Shown in pieces: positions 22,201 through 32,800 of a DNA stretch of 64,000 bases. Made by a program: the position numbers and the translations under genes. Origin of the DNA: Trichomonas gallinae (Eukaryota); the NCBI GenBank assembly GCA_008369845.1, contig MRSU01010484.1, positions 1 through 64,000 of the forward strand. The letters are read 5' to 3'. The notes beneath the pieces were generated by a model. It did no database searches. It was not told the origin of the DNA and saw only the letters and a list, made by a program, of their open reading frames with translations. Position 1 is the stretch's first letter. Every line of letters begins with the position of its first letter.

Positions 22201-24045
22201 CAAATGGTTCCAGATGGTACTTTTGCAGGCACTCCGATGGAAAAGTTTGATGTTCCAAATCATGTAACATATATTGGAGATAGTTCATTCAGTGGATGCA
22301 CATTCTTAAGAAATATTACATTTCCATCAACATTAGAATATATTGGTGCTAATGCTTTTAGTAGATGTTCAAATTTATATGAAATAAATTTAAACAGTGA
22401 CATTAAATTAATTGGAAACTCAGCTTTTTCTGGATGCACAAGTTTAAGGAAAATTAATTTAGGAAATCAATTGCGTGAAATAAATAATAGTGCTTTCAGC
22501 AATTGCAATGCAACTTATGAATTCATACTGCCAGATACAATCCAAGTAATAAGATCATATGCATTTTATGGATGCTCAAATCTTAAAAGAATCAATTTCC
22601 CTGAATCAATAATAGAAATCTCATTTGGTGCATTTTATTTATGCACAAGTTTAGAAGAAGTTAAATTCGATGGCCCATCTTACACCATTGATAATTATAC
22701 GTTTTATTCAAACTATCAATTACAAGTTGTATCACTTTCTGGAGGTTTAATTAATTTATCAGATTCTTGCTTCAAAAACTGCATATATCTGCATACTGTA
22801 GATTTGAGCAATTCACAAATTGAAAGAATTGAATATGGAGCATTTTGCAATTGTTCATCTTTAGTATCGATTCAATTACCCAATACATTGTATACTCTGC
22901 AAAATAATTCATTCATGTATTGTTTAGAGCTCCAAAATATTACTTTGCCTCCTTCACTTTATTCAATATATGACTATGCTTTTGCATACTGTAGAAATCT
23001 AAATATTAAGTTTTCTACAGGATTGAGATATATTTATCGATACGCGTTTTATTCATCTGGAATTGTTAGCATTCATCTTCCACAGGTATATTTAATATCA
23101 AATAGCACTTTCGAGAAATGTCCAAGATTGCGAGATGTTGTAATTCCAACATCAATAACTTCACTGCCATATAGCTTATTTAGATATTCGGCACTTATTT
23201 CTATTAAATTGCATTCAGGCATTACTTCAATTGGTGAATCATGCTTCGAAGACTGCAAATTATTATTTGATATCAAATTACCAGATAGATTGAATTACTT
23301 AAGATCCAGATGTTTTAGAGGCTGTATATCACTAGAACAATTGGACTTTCCATCTTCTCTTTATACAATCGAAAGTTATTGTTTTAGTGGCTGCAGCATG
23401 CTGTCATCATTGATATTCCCATCTAGTCTTTCATATGTTAATGCATATGCATTTTCATCTTGTTCCAGATTAGCAAATTTAACAATATTGTGTTCAAGCA
23501 CAACTTATTACGGTTATTGCTTTTCTGATTGTACATCTCTTAGAACTTTAGTGTTCCGTCCAAACTCAAGACTTTATGAAAATGTGTTTTATGGATGTTC
23601 AAATCTCTATGCTTTGACTTTCATGGATGGATGCTTTATCGATAGCTATGGACTTTCAGGCCTATCAAATCTTAAATTCTTAAAATTTAGCTCTTCATTT
23701 AGCCTTCGTAGTCAATCATTTAGCAATTATTATATTCCATTTATTGCATACTGTGGAACACGCGAAATAACAAAACAATCTTATTACTATTATTATGATA
23801 ATTATTTATATCCAGAAATTCATAAGATTGCATATTACGTTCAGGTTCCAATGTCATATATGAATGATACATTTGCAGGAAGACCAGTCAATAAATCATT
23901 GACAGACAACTTTTGCTATCAGCCAAAATATGATGATTATGAGCCACACTGCGACCCACCAGAAGAATGTGAGAAAGAATATTTCTCCAGTAATTTATTT
24001 TTCACTTTAGGAAGTAATCTTGTTTTCCATGTTGCATCAAAATAA
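19204..24045 (+). CDS. BspA-like LRR protein, subtype A (A2), 1613 aa
   Basis: Paralog of A1 and A3; starts MSWNFVNGILTISGAG, ends GSNLVFHVASK. Confidence 0.95.
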   Translation: MSWNFVNGILTISGAGAIVDIWKSNNSIISLVIEEGITEIPSNCFYNCSHLQSASLPNSLTTIGENAFWRCSELKTINFPNSIKFIAKNSFFCCESITQISFSSDVLNISNSAFTNCTSLKNLEIYSQKLELGSNAFQFSLALTKLIINSDICNLGSRSFYYSHLQEINIESISVSLGSSSLSSCSSIRNLKIRATNVSFDSYVLYYCHNIENGNILCDNLLFSSNSISYCNYLKMTVNSNITKFSYQSLYNCNYLQFTLCCPNISFAYYSLYNCNNMKIFNVSTVNMKISTEIFYDCDSFSHFYVSANTIEIYTIFLNYPSALSTLTLIANNVTIKRRGFTSCNNLNITASSNIIIHNMAFYSNRSYYNTEGPYRCDLTAPDIYVGKSAFYYCRNSRLIYFNGVNLFVGESAFETSYLNDVYFNIINNTFISNYAFKSCSINNVVFKSYDTYIGVEAFYSNNIQTAYFNSSNYTYIDVGAFMNLEYLKLVNFTSDITYICENAFSTSKYLYSIYCLPNIRFDIGRDAFAYCYKLKEIHNLSNITSLGDGAFKWTNITSFNLTCNIPNMGTNVFEDCAYLVNVTIKPPFDYLPKYTFATCVGLKSINIPSSVTEIGSYCFSGCYLLENVTMENPYIPLGDYCFQNCVKYYATEYNSDKNNTIPGLYYNSGIRSVIIKNYTQYGSYQFSYCQSLEKITIEEGVEFLNYGLFSHCYRIKSIFIPEICTNLCDNVFSNCFSLTTANIPTNVSTIPTGFYSHTSIADFYFPESIIVIGDSAFSGCPFEEINFPKNLSSIRSNAFSESLLINITFPSNLRYIDEYAFANNKCLFTIDFSQCTDVVVGDYAFVSCIQLENMINIKIIRCTAGKGIFKDCRSIRETVILPKVGFYAESMYDDCTNLITIHFPSYIRSIYDGAFYGCTMLTHVEIPESVTYIGNRVFSCCTSLTNITLPKNIRIYGYQVFESCHSLEYIDLPEGIIKIWYEFFAYSGIKNVVFPNSLQMVPDGTFAGTPMEKFDVPNHVTYIGDSSFSGCTFLRNITFPSTLEYIGANAFSRCSNLYEINLNSDIKLIGNSAFSGCTSLRKINLGNQLREINNSAFSNCNATYEFILPDTIQVIRSYAFYGCSNLKRINFPESIIEISFGAFYLCTSLEEVKFDGPSYTIDNYTFYSNYQLQVVSLSGGLINLSDSCFKNCIYLHTVDLSNSQIERIEYGAFCNCSSLVSIQLPNTLYTLQNNSFMYCLELQNITLPPSLYSIYDYAFAYCRNLNIKFSTGLRYIYRYAFYSSGIVSIHLPQVYLISNSTFEKCPRLRDVVIPTSITSLPYSLFRYSALISIKLHSGITSIGESCFEDCKLLFDIKLPDRLNYLRSRCFRGCISLEQLDFPSSLYTIESYCFSGCSMLSSLIFPSSLSYVNAYAFSSCSRLANLTILCSSTTYYGYCFSDCTSLRTLVFRPNSRLYENVFYGCSNLYALTFMDGCFIDSYGLSGLSNLKFLKFSSSFSLRSQSFSNYYIPFIAYCGTREITKQSYYYYYDNYLYPEIHKIAYYVQVPMSYMNDTFAGRPVNKSLTDNFCYQPKYDDYEPHCDPPEECEKEYFSSNLFFTLGSNLVFHVASK

Positions 24046-24160
24046 TTCTTTATTAAAATTCCATGTTTTACAGGAGCGAAAGCAGCCTAAAATGTGCAAA
24101 AACTGATATTATAGGATATATGATTATTTTCATTTTAAATTACCTTTTGAAATTTTAAAA

Positions 24161-25608
24161 TTTGGGTATTTTTGGTGTAAAAACGATAATTTTGCCCTCA
24201 ATTTTCCGATTTTTAACCTTAAAAAGACGATTATTTTTTTTTTTTTTTGAAGCATTCCAGTATCGGAATACCAGCTTATAATCAGGCTATTTAAACTATG
24301 CCATTATATATTTTGCCCTAATGCACTAATGCCTATGATGGTTGTATGAGATAATAAGTGTATATAACGGATTATCAGCAAAAAAATGGCATATTTTTAT
24401 GATACATCTCATTGCACTCATCTTTCCATTCAACCAGCGCTTAGGCCGGCTGGCTTAGCATTACTGGAACGGAGGATGAGCATAAATAGAAGTCTTCAAT
24501 CCTCATTCAAATGCAAATTTCATAACTGATGCGCTAAAATACCTCGTATTTTGCTTTATTTGAGCAATATATGAGGCAAATGGATGCAAAAGTTCCCATT
24601 ACTCAACACTAAATAGTCGACATTTCAACTCTCTTCTGTATTTGCCGTTACAACTGGCTAAGATACAATTCTTATTTTCTTAGCTTGTAGTTCCAGCAAA
24701 TATTAGCAAGAAGTTTCACATTTCCTAAATATTACGTTTCACCCACTTTTCTAGACTGCTCAGCTTGCAGTTGTTTGAACTGTTTCAACAACTGTTAGCT
24801 GAGCAGTCTAGAAAAGCATTTAACGATTTCGATATTCCTACAATCAAATCAGTCGAGAACTATTACTTTTTGCTTCAGATTCTTCAATAAATAGGCTAGT
24901 TGAAGAGTTTTGCCCAAGAAATAGGAGTATTTGATGCGATTTTATTCAACTTGTATCCATTTCTACAGACAAGAACATTTAATCACCATGATTCTTAATA
25001 CATAGACATAATCATAGTCATTACTGTAACTGGAGATGCTCTTAGGCTCATAATTACAACTTTTGCGTAATAAGTGCATAAATACATGCTTTCTACCATG
25101 CGATTCCAGAAAGTATGCATAATATGGCAACGTATAGCAGAAAATACGCATTGATTGTATTAGATTTTATCAAGATTAATAATTCTCATAAAATTATCTT
25201 TTTATATAATGTGTTTATTGGCCTGAAATACACATAATCACATTACATGATATAGTTAAATAAAGTAAAGCTTCTATATATGATTTAAAATCATTTTCTA
25301 TAATTGATCTGAATATTCCAAAAATGCACAATATCGTAGAGATCTATTTAATAACCATATTATATACCTATAGTTTTTAAAGTTTTATACTCTTTAATGA
25401 TAAGCTATATTTCTTAATAATGAATGAAATTAAATTTGGAATGCAATCCATTTAATACCTAAAATAATATGTCGTAATGGTCATAGTCAATTAAAGATTC
25501 TATAACATTTTCGAAAAAAATAATCGTCTTTTTTAAGGTTAAAATTCCTAAAATCCGGGTAAATCGAGGGCGAAATTATCGTTTATTCCGACTCCTAAAA
25601 TACGCAAA
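24161..25608. mobile_element. Putative non-autonomous or decayed DNA transposon with ~90 bp imperfect terminal inverted repeats
   Basis: 24161-24250 (tttgggtatttt..aaacgataattttgccctc..ttttaaccttaaaaagacgattattttt) is the reverse complement, with indels, of 25511-25608. The interior has no intact ORF. No clear TSD. Confidence 0.6.
24746..24816. repeat. 71-nt long hairpin
   Basis: Perfect 20-bp arms cttttctagactgctcagct / agctgagcagtctagaaaag, plus inner 8-bp arms cagttgtt / aacaactg. Confidence 0.9.
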
Positions 25609-25641
25609 AAGTAATGACATTTAATATAAAATAATACACAT

Positions 25642-28600
25642 TTAGAATTGTAATAAAAATGATAAAACGCTATAAGAATAATAGTGATTGTATCTCCTAT
25701 ATAATAAACATGATTCAACAATAATGCAGCCAAGAGGTATTTCTTGTTCTTCAAAGTTATAACAAATATTATTATCAAGAGTTTTTGAAACATCATTATT
25801 GATGAAAGTATTATTTTTGTATAATTCTTTAACGTATGTTTCATTAGCCGCATTACTTAAAGTTTGATGATAAAGCATGTCCTGTTCGCCGCAATAATAA
25901 ACTATTGTATTTCTCGTAGATAGAGACCCAAATGCTGAATCCGCAATGGAGGCAAACCCTCGAATAATAACTGCTTGTAGAGGAGATGATGGAAATGAGC
26001 TGCTTTCGATTGTGCAATTAATTCCAATATCTAAGAATTGAAGATTAATGCAATTATAAAATGCATTAGCCCTTATAGTAACGTTTGGAGGTAAGATTAG
26101 CAAATTAAGGATTCTGCATTCGTTAAAAGTAAAACTTTCAATCACTGATATGTTTGGATTTAATTTTACGACTTCTAAGCTATGGCATTTGTTGAATGCA
26201 TATGAAAATATTGTCTTTAGTGTTGATGGTGCTAGAAATTCCATCAAACTTATGCAATAATTGAATGCATAAGCTTCAATTGACTTTAAGCCATATGGAA
26301 GAAACATATAGCGCAATCTACGACAGTTTGCAAATGCATATTGATTTATTATAACCATAGACGTGTAGGTTAAATTAACTTTCTCTATATTGCAACCGTA
26401 AAAAGCATATTCACCAATGTAAAACAAATTAAGAGGCCAGATTAATTTTCCTAATCTTCTACATCCATAAAATACTCGATCACCAATTGAATTCAGATTT
26501 TTCGGAAGATGAACTCTAACTAAATCGAAGCAATTTTCAAATGTTGAAGTACATAAAGTGGATAAGTTATCTGGTAAGTAAATAACAGCGATTTTGGTGT
26601 CACTAAATGCTAAATCTTCAATAGAATTTGGATTAGTTAAATTTAAGTTAACATCTGTTATATTTGTGTTAGCAAAAGATGCCTTTCCAATGAATATAAG
26701 AGGTGCTGGGAATTCTATGCGTCTCAACGATCTGCATTCTCTGAATGCATTATCCTGGATGACCTCCAAAGTCGATGGGAAAACAAAGTCTGCTAAACGA
26801 CTGCAATTATAGAATGAGTTTACACCTATGAATCTAACATCACCGAGGAATTCAATATTAATCAAATTAGTATTATGTTCACAAATTGCATTGGATATAT
26901 GTCTAATTAATACAGGAAAAGTCAAAGATGTCAAATTAGTGCAATATCTAAAAGCAGATTGTTCCAAAACTTCAAGATTTTCTGGAAGACTGACTGATTC
27001 GAGATTATGGCAGGCTTCAAAAGCAGAATCCATGATTTTTTGAGCATATGGAATCGTTATTGTAGGAATGCCAGAATATGCAAAGGCCCAATTCATGATT
27101 GAAGCTAATTTTGGAGGTAGAGTAATAGATGTCAAAATAGTGCAATTATAGAAGCAGAATTGTCCAATGTTAAATAATAATTTTGGAAGAACAATTACTT
27201 CAAGTGATGTGCAATAGGCAAATGCATTATCAAAAATCATTTCAACTGAGTCTGGAACTGATATATTCGTTATTGAAGAGCATGTGTGCATTGCTGAATC
27301 GCCTATTGTTTTCAAACCATCAAGGAAAGTTAAATTTGGTAAGCTAGTGCAATAGGCAAAAGTTGATTCATGTATGAATTCATATTGATTCAAAACGATA
27401 TTAACTATTGCTGTGCAATAATAGAAGCAACAACCTCCAAGTTCAGTAACGGAAGGAGATGGTGTGAAATCAATCAATGATGTGCAATGAGCAAATGTGT
27501 ACCATTTCAGTGTCTTTATTTCGCCTTCGAAGTTGATTGAAGTTAATTTTGAACAATTGAAGAAGACGCCTTCTCCGATTGATTTAACGTTGAATGGAAT
27601 TGTTATGTTAGTTAGTCCTGTGCTTGCAAACGCATAGTGACCAATGTGTTTGATTGTTCGAAGGATCTCAAACTGTGTAATTGATGAGCATCTCTGGAAT
27701 AATGAGTCAACAATGATGTCTTGTCTTTCGGTCATATAGTTTTTGACAAGCGATGAACAGTTATCAAAACAAGCAGTACCAAACTCTGATATGGCTTCAT
27801 TGTTCACAATTGTTGTAAATTTTGAGCAATTATGGAAAACGTAGCTTCTTAGGACAAAATTCTTCTTCAATGATAAGTTGAATATTTCTAGTTCTGAGCA
27901 ATTATAAAATACTCCTGAACCAAGATAATCGAGTTTTTCTGGAATCAGAATAGTTGTGTTCTTTGACCATGCAAAAGCATAATGACCAACATACCAGCAT
28001 TCAGGACAAATTGTGATGTTGATTAATGGGCATGCGTTAAAGCAATATCTACCAAAGTAAGTGACTACTTTTGGGATTTCAATGTAATGTAGAGAATTGC
28101 AGTTATTAAATAAAAAATCGCTGATTTCCGTCATATGCATAGGAAATGATACATTTGCAAGTTCTCTGCATCCACTAAAAACGCCAACTCCAAGATTATC
28201 TATTGTTTCTGGTATGACAACTGACTTTATAATTGTGTTTGAAAAAATATAAGCAGGTAATGAATTCACACCATCTTCAATAGTGACATTTTCTAAGTTT
28301 ATACAATTGGCGAAAGCGCTGTGTCCATAACTATATCCAACTCTTATTGTTACATTTGTAATATTTGTATTATCTAAGCTATGATTTCCAAAAGCAATAT
28401 AACGATCAAAATCATCAAGTATAAATTTTGGACAATCTTTAAACATATTAGAAGGTAAATGATTGAATTTCGTTGGAATGTAACAAGTTTCTAATTCTGC
28501 ATTTTGCTTTAAAATTCCTGGTCCAAGAAATTCTGTATTTTCTGGAATGGAGAAATTTGAGAAATTACAGTTGGCAAAGCAATACTGTCCGAATTGTCTT

Positions 28601-29079
28601 ACGTTCGAATAATCATCAATATATTGAAGGCTACTACAGCCACTGAATGCATAATCACCTATATAAAGAATATTTTTGAAGTTAAGCACTCTTTCTAACG
28701 TAGAAATACCATGGAAAAAATTTTCACCAATTGATGTCCATGCTTTTGGTAGAGTTATTGATTTAAATGATGCTCCTGAAAAGGCCACAGCATCTACATT
28801 TGTTAAACCATCAGGCAAAGTAATATCTGTAATACCAGTTTCATGGAATGCTAAACCTGATATATATTGTAATGTATATGGTAGTTCAACATGTGTCAAT
28901 TGACGGCATAGATAAAATGCTTTAAATGGAAGTGAAGTTATTCCGGGCCGAATCAGAACTTGATGAACAGGTTGCCCAGATTGATATATGTTGTAATAGT
29001 CACATTGGGAACAATAGTTGAAGCTCTCTTGATAACCAATAACTTCATAAATCCCCCATGATAAGTAGATAGAAGTCAT
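25642..29079 (-). CDS. BspA-like LRR protein, subtype B (B3), 1145 aa
   Basis: Full-length collinear paralog of B1 and B2. Confidence 0.95.
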   Translation of the reverse strand: MTSIYLSWGIYEVIGYQESFNYCSQCDYYNIYQSGQPVHQVLIRPGITSLPFKAFYLCRQLTHVELPYTLQYISGLAFHETGITDITLPDGLTNVDAVAFSGASFKSITLPKAWTSIGENFFHGISTLERVLNFKNILYIGDYAFSGCSSLQYIDDYSNVRQFGQYCFANCNFSNFSIPENTEFLGPGILKQNAELETCYIPTKFNHLPSNMFKDCPKFILDDFDRYIAFGNHSLDNTNITNVTIRVGYSYGHSAFANCINLENVTIEDGVNSLPAYIFSNTIIKSVVIPETIDNLGVGVFSGCRELANVSFPMHMTEISDFLFNNCNSLHYIEIPKVVTYFGRYCFNACPLINITICPECWYVGHYAFAWSKNTTILIPEKLDYLGSGVFYNCSELEIFNLSLKKNFVLRSYVFHNCSKFTTIVNNEAISEFGTACFDNCSSLVKNYMTERQDIIVDSLFQRCSSITQFEILRTIKHIGHYAFASTGLTNITIPFNVKSIGEGVFFNCSKLTSINFEGEIKTLKWYTFAHCTSLIDFTPSPSVTELGGCCFYYCTAIVNIVLNQYEFIHESTFAYCTSLPNLTFLDGLKTIGDSAMHTCSSITNISVPDSVEMIFDNAFAYCTSLEVIVLPKLLFNIGQFCFYNCTILTSITLPPKLASIMNWAFAYSGIPTITIPYAQKIMDSAFEACHNLESVSLPENLEVLEQSAFRYCTNLTSLTFPVLIRHISNAICEHNTNLINIEFLGDVRFIGVNSFYNCSRLADFVFPSTLEVIQDNAFRECRSLRRIEFPAPLIFIGKASFANTNITDVNLNLTNPNSIEDLAFSDTKIAVIYLPDNLSTLCTSTFENCFDLVRVHLPKNLNSIGDRVFYGCRRLGKLIWPLNLFYIGEYAFYGCNIEKVNLTYTSMVIINQYAFANCRRLRYMFLPYGLKSIEAYAFNYCISLMEFLAPSTLKTIFSYAFNKCHSLEVVKLNPNISVIESFTFNECRILNLLILPPNVTIRANAFYNCINLQFLDIGINCTIESSSFPSSPLQAVIIRGFASIADSAFGSLSTRNTIVYYCGEQDMLYHQTLSNAANETYVKELYKNNTFINNDVSKTLDNNICYNFEEQEIPLGCIIVESCLLYRRYNHYYSYSVLSFLLQF

Positions 29080-29866
29080 TGTTTTTTTTTTTTAATAGAA
29101 ATCAATATAAATTTGTTATTTTATAAATAATGAATTGTGAATTGGACATATATATTGTTGACATATTTAGAATCAAAAATTCGTTATCATCCTCCATTAT
29201 TTTTCAGATCATCAGTATCAATATTGCATTCAAAATAAATCATTAATTATTTTTAAGGTGACAATAATTTTTCAATTTTAATTCAAAAAATTTTTCCTAA
29301 CAACTTTAATTATATGATATGAATAGTAATACATAAAATATAAAAGTATACCATTTATAAACGCATGGTTCAAAACTGTGACAATACTTACGGTTCAAAA
29401 ATTTAATTCGGTTAATCCTATCGCAAAATTAATGTCTTTAACATGGCGGTCAATGCAAAGTGAATTAGACTGAATAAGAGTTATCTATTCAATTCTGAAT
29501 CCGCTTTTAAATTTATATTTGGTCGTTCATGCATATACACATTAATCCATTTTTAAAAAAATAAAATATTTTTGAATTTAGGAAATTGAATTGTTTTATC
29601 AGAATCAGCTTCCAAAAATATACTCATATATCATATGATTGTATTTTTAATGAGTTACACATTATTATCAATTTAAGTTTTTGAGAAAAAAAATGAAATA
29701 ATCAATGAAAATAAATTAAGATTGATTAATATGTATCGAATATTTTAATTCTATGTTTATGAATTTTCAATGCAATTGCTAATATAGTGATTATTCTTAA
29801 ATGAATATTATGATTATTTAATTTTTAGAAACTGTGAACTTTTATTGTGAGTAAAAAAAAATCAAG

Positions 29867-32800
29867 ATGACTGGAAATCTGATTAATGGAATACTTACGA
29901 TTTCGGGGGTTGGTGCAATTAATAACCCTTGGAAGTCTGAGCCTAATATAAGAGAATTAGTTATCGAAAATGGAATTACAGAAATACCATCCGAATGTTT
30001 TTATAATTGTACAAATCTGCAAACAGCATCATTATCGAATTCAATAACATCTATTGGTAGCTATGCCTTTTGGTCATGTAATAAACTCAATAATATTAAT
30101 TTTCCGCAAACCCAATTGACAATTGGCAGCTATGCTTTCTACAACTGTAAATCTATATCACAAATAACCTATGACTCAACTTTTTCATTCACAATCGGTG
30201 AAAAAGCTTTCATAGGCTGTGGATCTTTAAGGAAAATAGCTTTGAATGCTGAAAGCATACGTATAAACTCAAATGCATTTAATGAAATACAAAGCTTAAA
30301 TGAGCTTACAATCACTTCAAATATAGTGCAAATTGATTATAAAGCCTTTTCAGAGTGTGTAAATTTGAATCAATTTAATATATTTTCGAATAATATAGCA
30401 ATTGGAAGAAACGCATTTTACTCGTGCTCTAAAATTAAAGCACTTGATTTTTCCTCGAATAGTGTTACTCTTGGAGAAAGTTCGTTTTATAAATGCAGAA
30501 ACATTGAATATATTAACATTACATCAAACTATGTATCCGTTGAAAATCAGGCAATTTGTGAAGTAAATGTTCAAAGTGTAAATATTATTAGTAATAATAC
30601 AATACTTGCTTATAATTCATTTTACAATTGTCATAGTATTAAACTTTTCATCCTTAATTCTTCTAAAATTACATACTCACATAGTGCAGTTGGTTCATGT
30701 TATAATATTAAGAATTTTACAATCATAACGGAAAATATTACTTTACCAAATTATATGTTTTACTTTTGTTCTAGCTTTTCAAATTTGTATATAATTGCCA
30801 ATGAAATAATTCAAACTTATTACTTCTGGAATGTTTACGGTCCATATTTTGTATCATACAATGCCAGAAAAGTAACAATCGAAAAATCTAACACCCAATG
30901 TTCAAAATTTCATATTTTAGCAGATACTATCAACATTAGACGAAACGCTTTTGTAAACAATGGACCAGAAACAATAAACATAACATCCAATAATACAGTT
31001 ATAGAAGAAAATGCATTTCAAGAATGCTCAAACCAAAGATATGCATACTTTCATGGAAAGAACTTAAAACTATTCAACTATTCTTTCGGAAAGTCACAAA
31101 TTAATACTGTTTATTTTAATACATCCAACACGATTGTTTGTGGTAATGCATTTTACGACTGTAGAAAACTAATAGAAATTAATTTTCATTCAGGATTTAA
31201 CAAGCTTGAAAATAATGCTTTTATATTCCTAATTTATCTTCAAAGAGTCCATTGTAATAACAATCGATTTGACATTGGAGAAAATGCCTTTGCCTACTGT
31301 CATAAACTTAGAGAACTTACCGGATTGAGTGATATTGTAAATATTGGAAATGGAGCATTTAAATGGACTAATATTACATCATTTAATTTAACAAATACAA
31401 TTACATCATTTGGATCACATGTTTTTGAGTCATGTGCTGCTCTTGCAAATGTTTTAATTGAAGATAGATTTGAATATTTAACAGAATATACATTCAGTTG
31501 GTGCGGTTCATTGAAGTCAATCGAACTACCTGCATCAGTTACAAACATTGGTCCTAATTGTTTCCAAAATTGTTTTAGTTTAGAAGATGTTATAATGCAA
31601 AATCCTGATCCATTCATTGGACAATATTGCTTCTTAAATTGTTCGAAATACTATTCAAGAGAATATAATAGCACCAAAAATAATAGTGAAAGAGGAATTT
31701 ATTCTAATACAGGAATTACGAAAATCATTATTAAGCCCAATGTAAGATATGGTGAAGCTCAATTTTCGGATTGTGATTTCTTGGAATCAATTATTATTGA
31801 AGATGGTGTAACTCAACTTTCTGCTGAATTATTTTCAAGCTGCAGAAGAATTCAAGCAATTCATATTCCAGAAAGTTGTACAACACTAGGAAACGGTGTA
31901 TTTTCCTATTGCACGAGAATATCTTCTGCAAATATTCCAACAACTGTAACAACAATCCCCGATAGATTCTTTTGCTTCACTTCGATTGCAAATTTCGATT
32001 TTCCAGAAGCAATTACAACAATCTCTTCTTATGCTTTTTACCATTGTAAATTTGAAAACATAACATTTCCTCCAAACCTGCAGTCAATTGGATCTTACAC
32101 TTTCAGCAATACATACTTGAGATACCTATTATTCCCATCATCTCTTACATCTATTGGACACGCAGCTTTCGAAAGCAATCAATGTTTATTTACAGTTAAT
32201 TTTTCACAATGCACATCTGTGAATGTAGAAAGCTATGTATTCGCACATTGCATCCAATTAGAAAACTTTGTCAACATCGAAATTCTTACAAGTTCTTTTC
32301 CTGGTGGAATTTTCATGGAATGCAGATCAATCAGAGAAACAATTGTGCTTCCACACATAACCTGTTATTCAGTGGAAATGTATGCATATTGTGAAAACTT
32401 AATTACGATCAAGTTCCAAGATTATATAACATTGATCGACACTAGAGCATTTTGTGGTTGCAAAATGCTAACTCATGTTGACATCCCTGAAACAATTACA
32501 AGAATTGGTAGCTATGCATTTGCGGGATGTACAGGTTTATCTAATGTAACGATTCCAACAAACATTAAAATGCATGAAGCAGCTGTTTTTGAGGGTTGTC
32601 AGAGTCTTTATGATTTTCATTTACCTGAAGGAATCACATCAATGGGCAATAGTTTCTTCGCTTATTCGGGAGTTAAAAACGTTGTTTTTCCTCCATCATT
32701 ACAAATGATTCCATCTTATGTTTTAGCTGGAACAAACATTGAAAAGTTTGTAATTCCAGAGGGTGTTGTTGTAATTGGGTATGCAGCATTTAGTAACTGT

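Noticed and set aside
24820..25151. Transposase remnant inside the inverted-repeat element
   Set aside because: Only vague resemblance (LLLFASDSSINRL); no DDE motif can be supported without a search.
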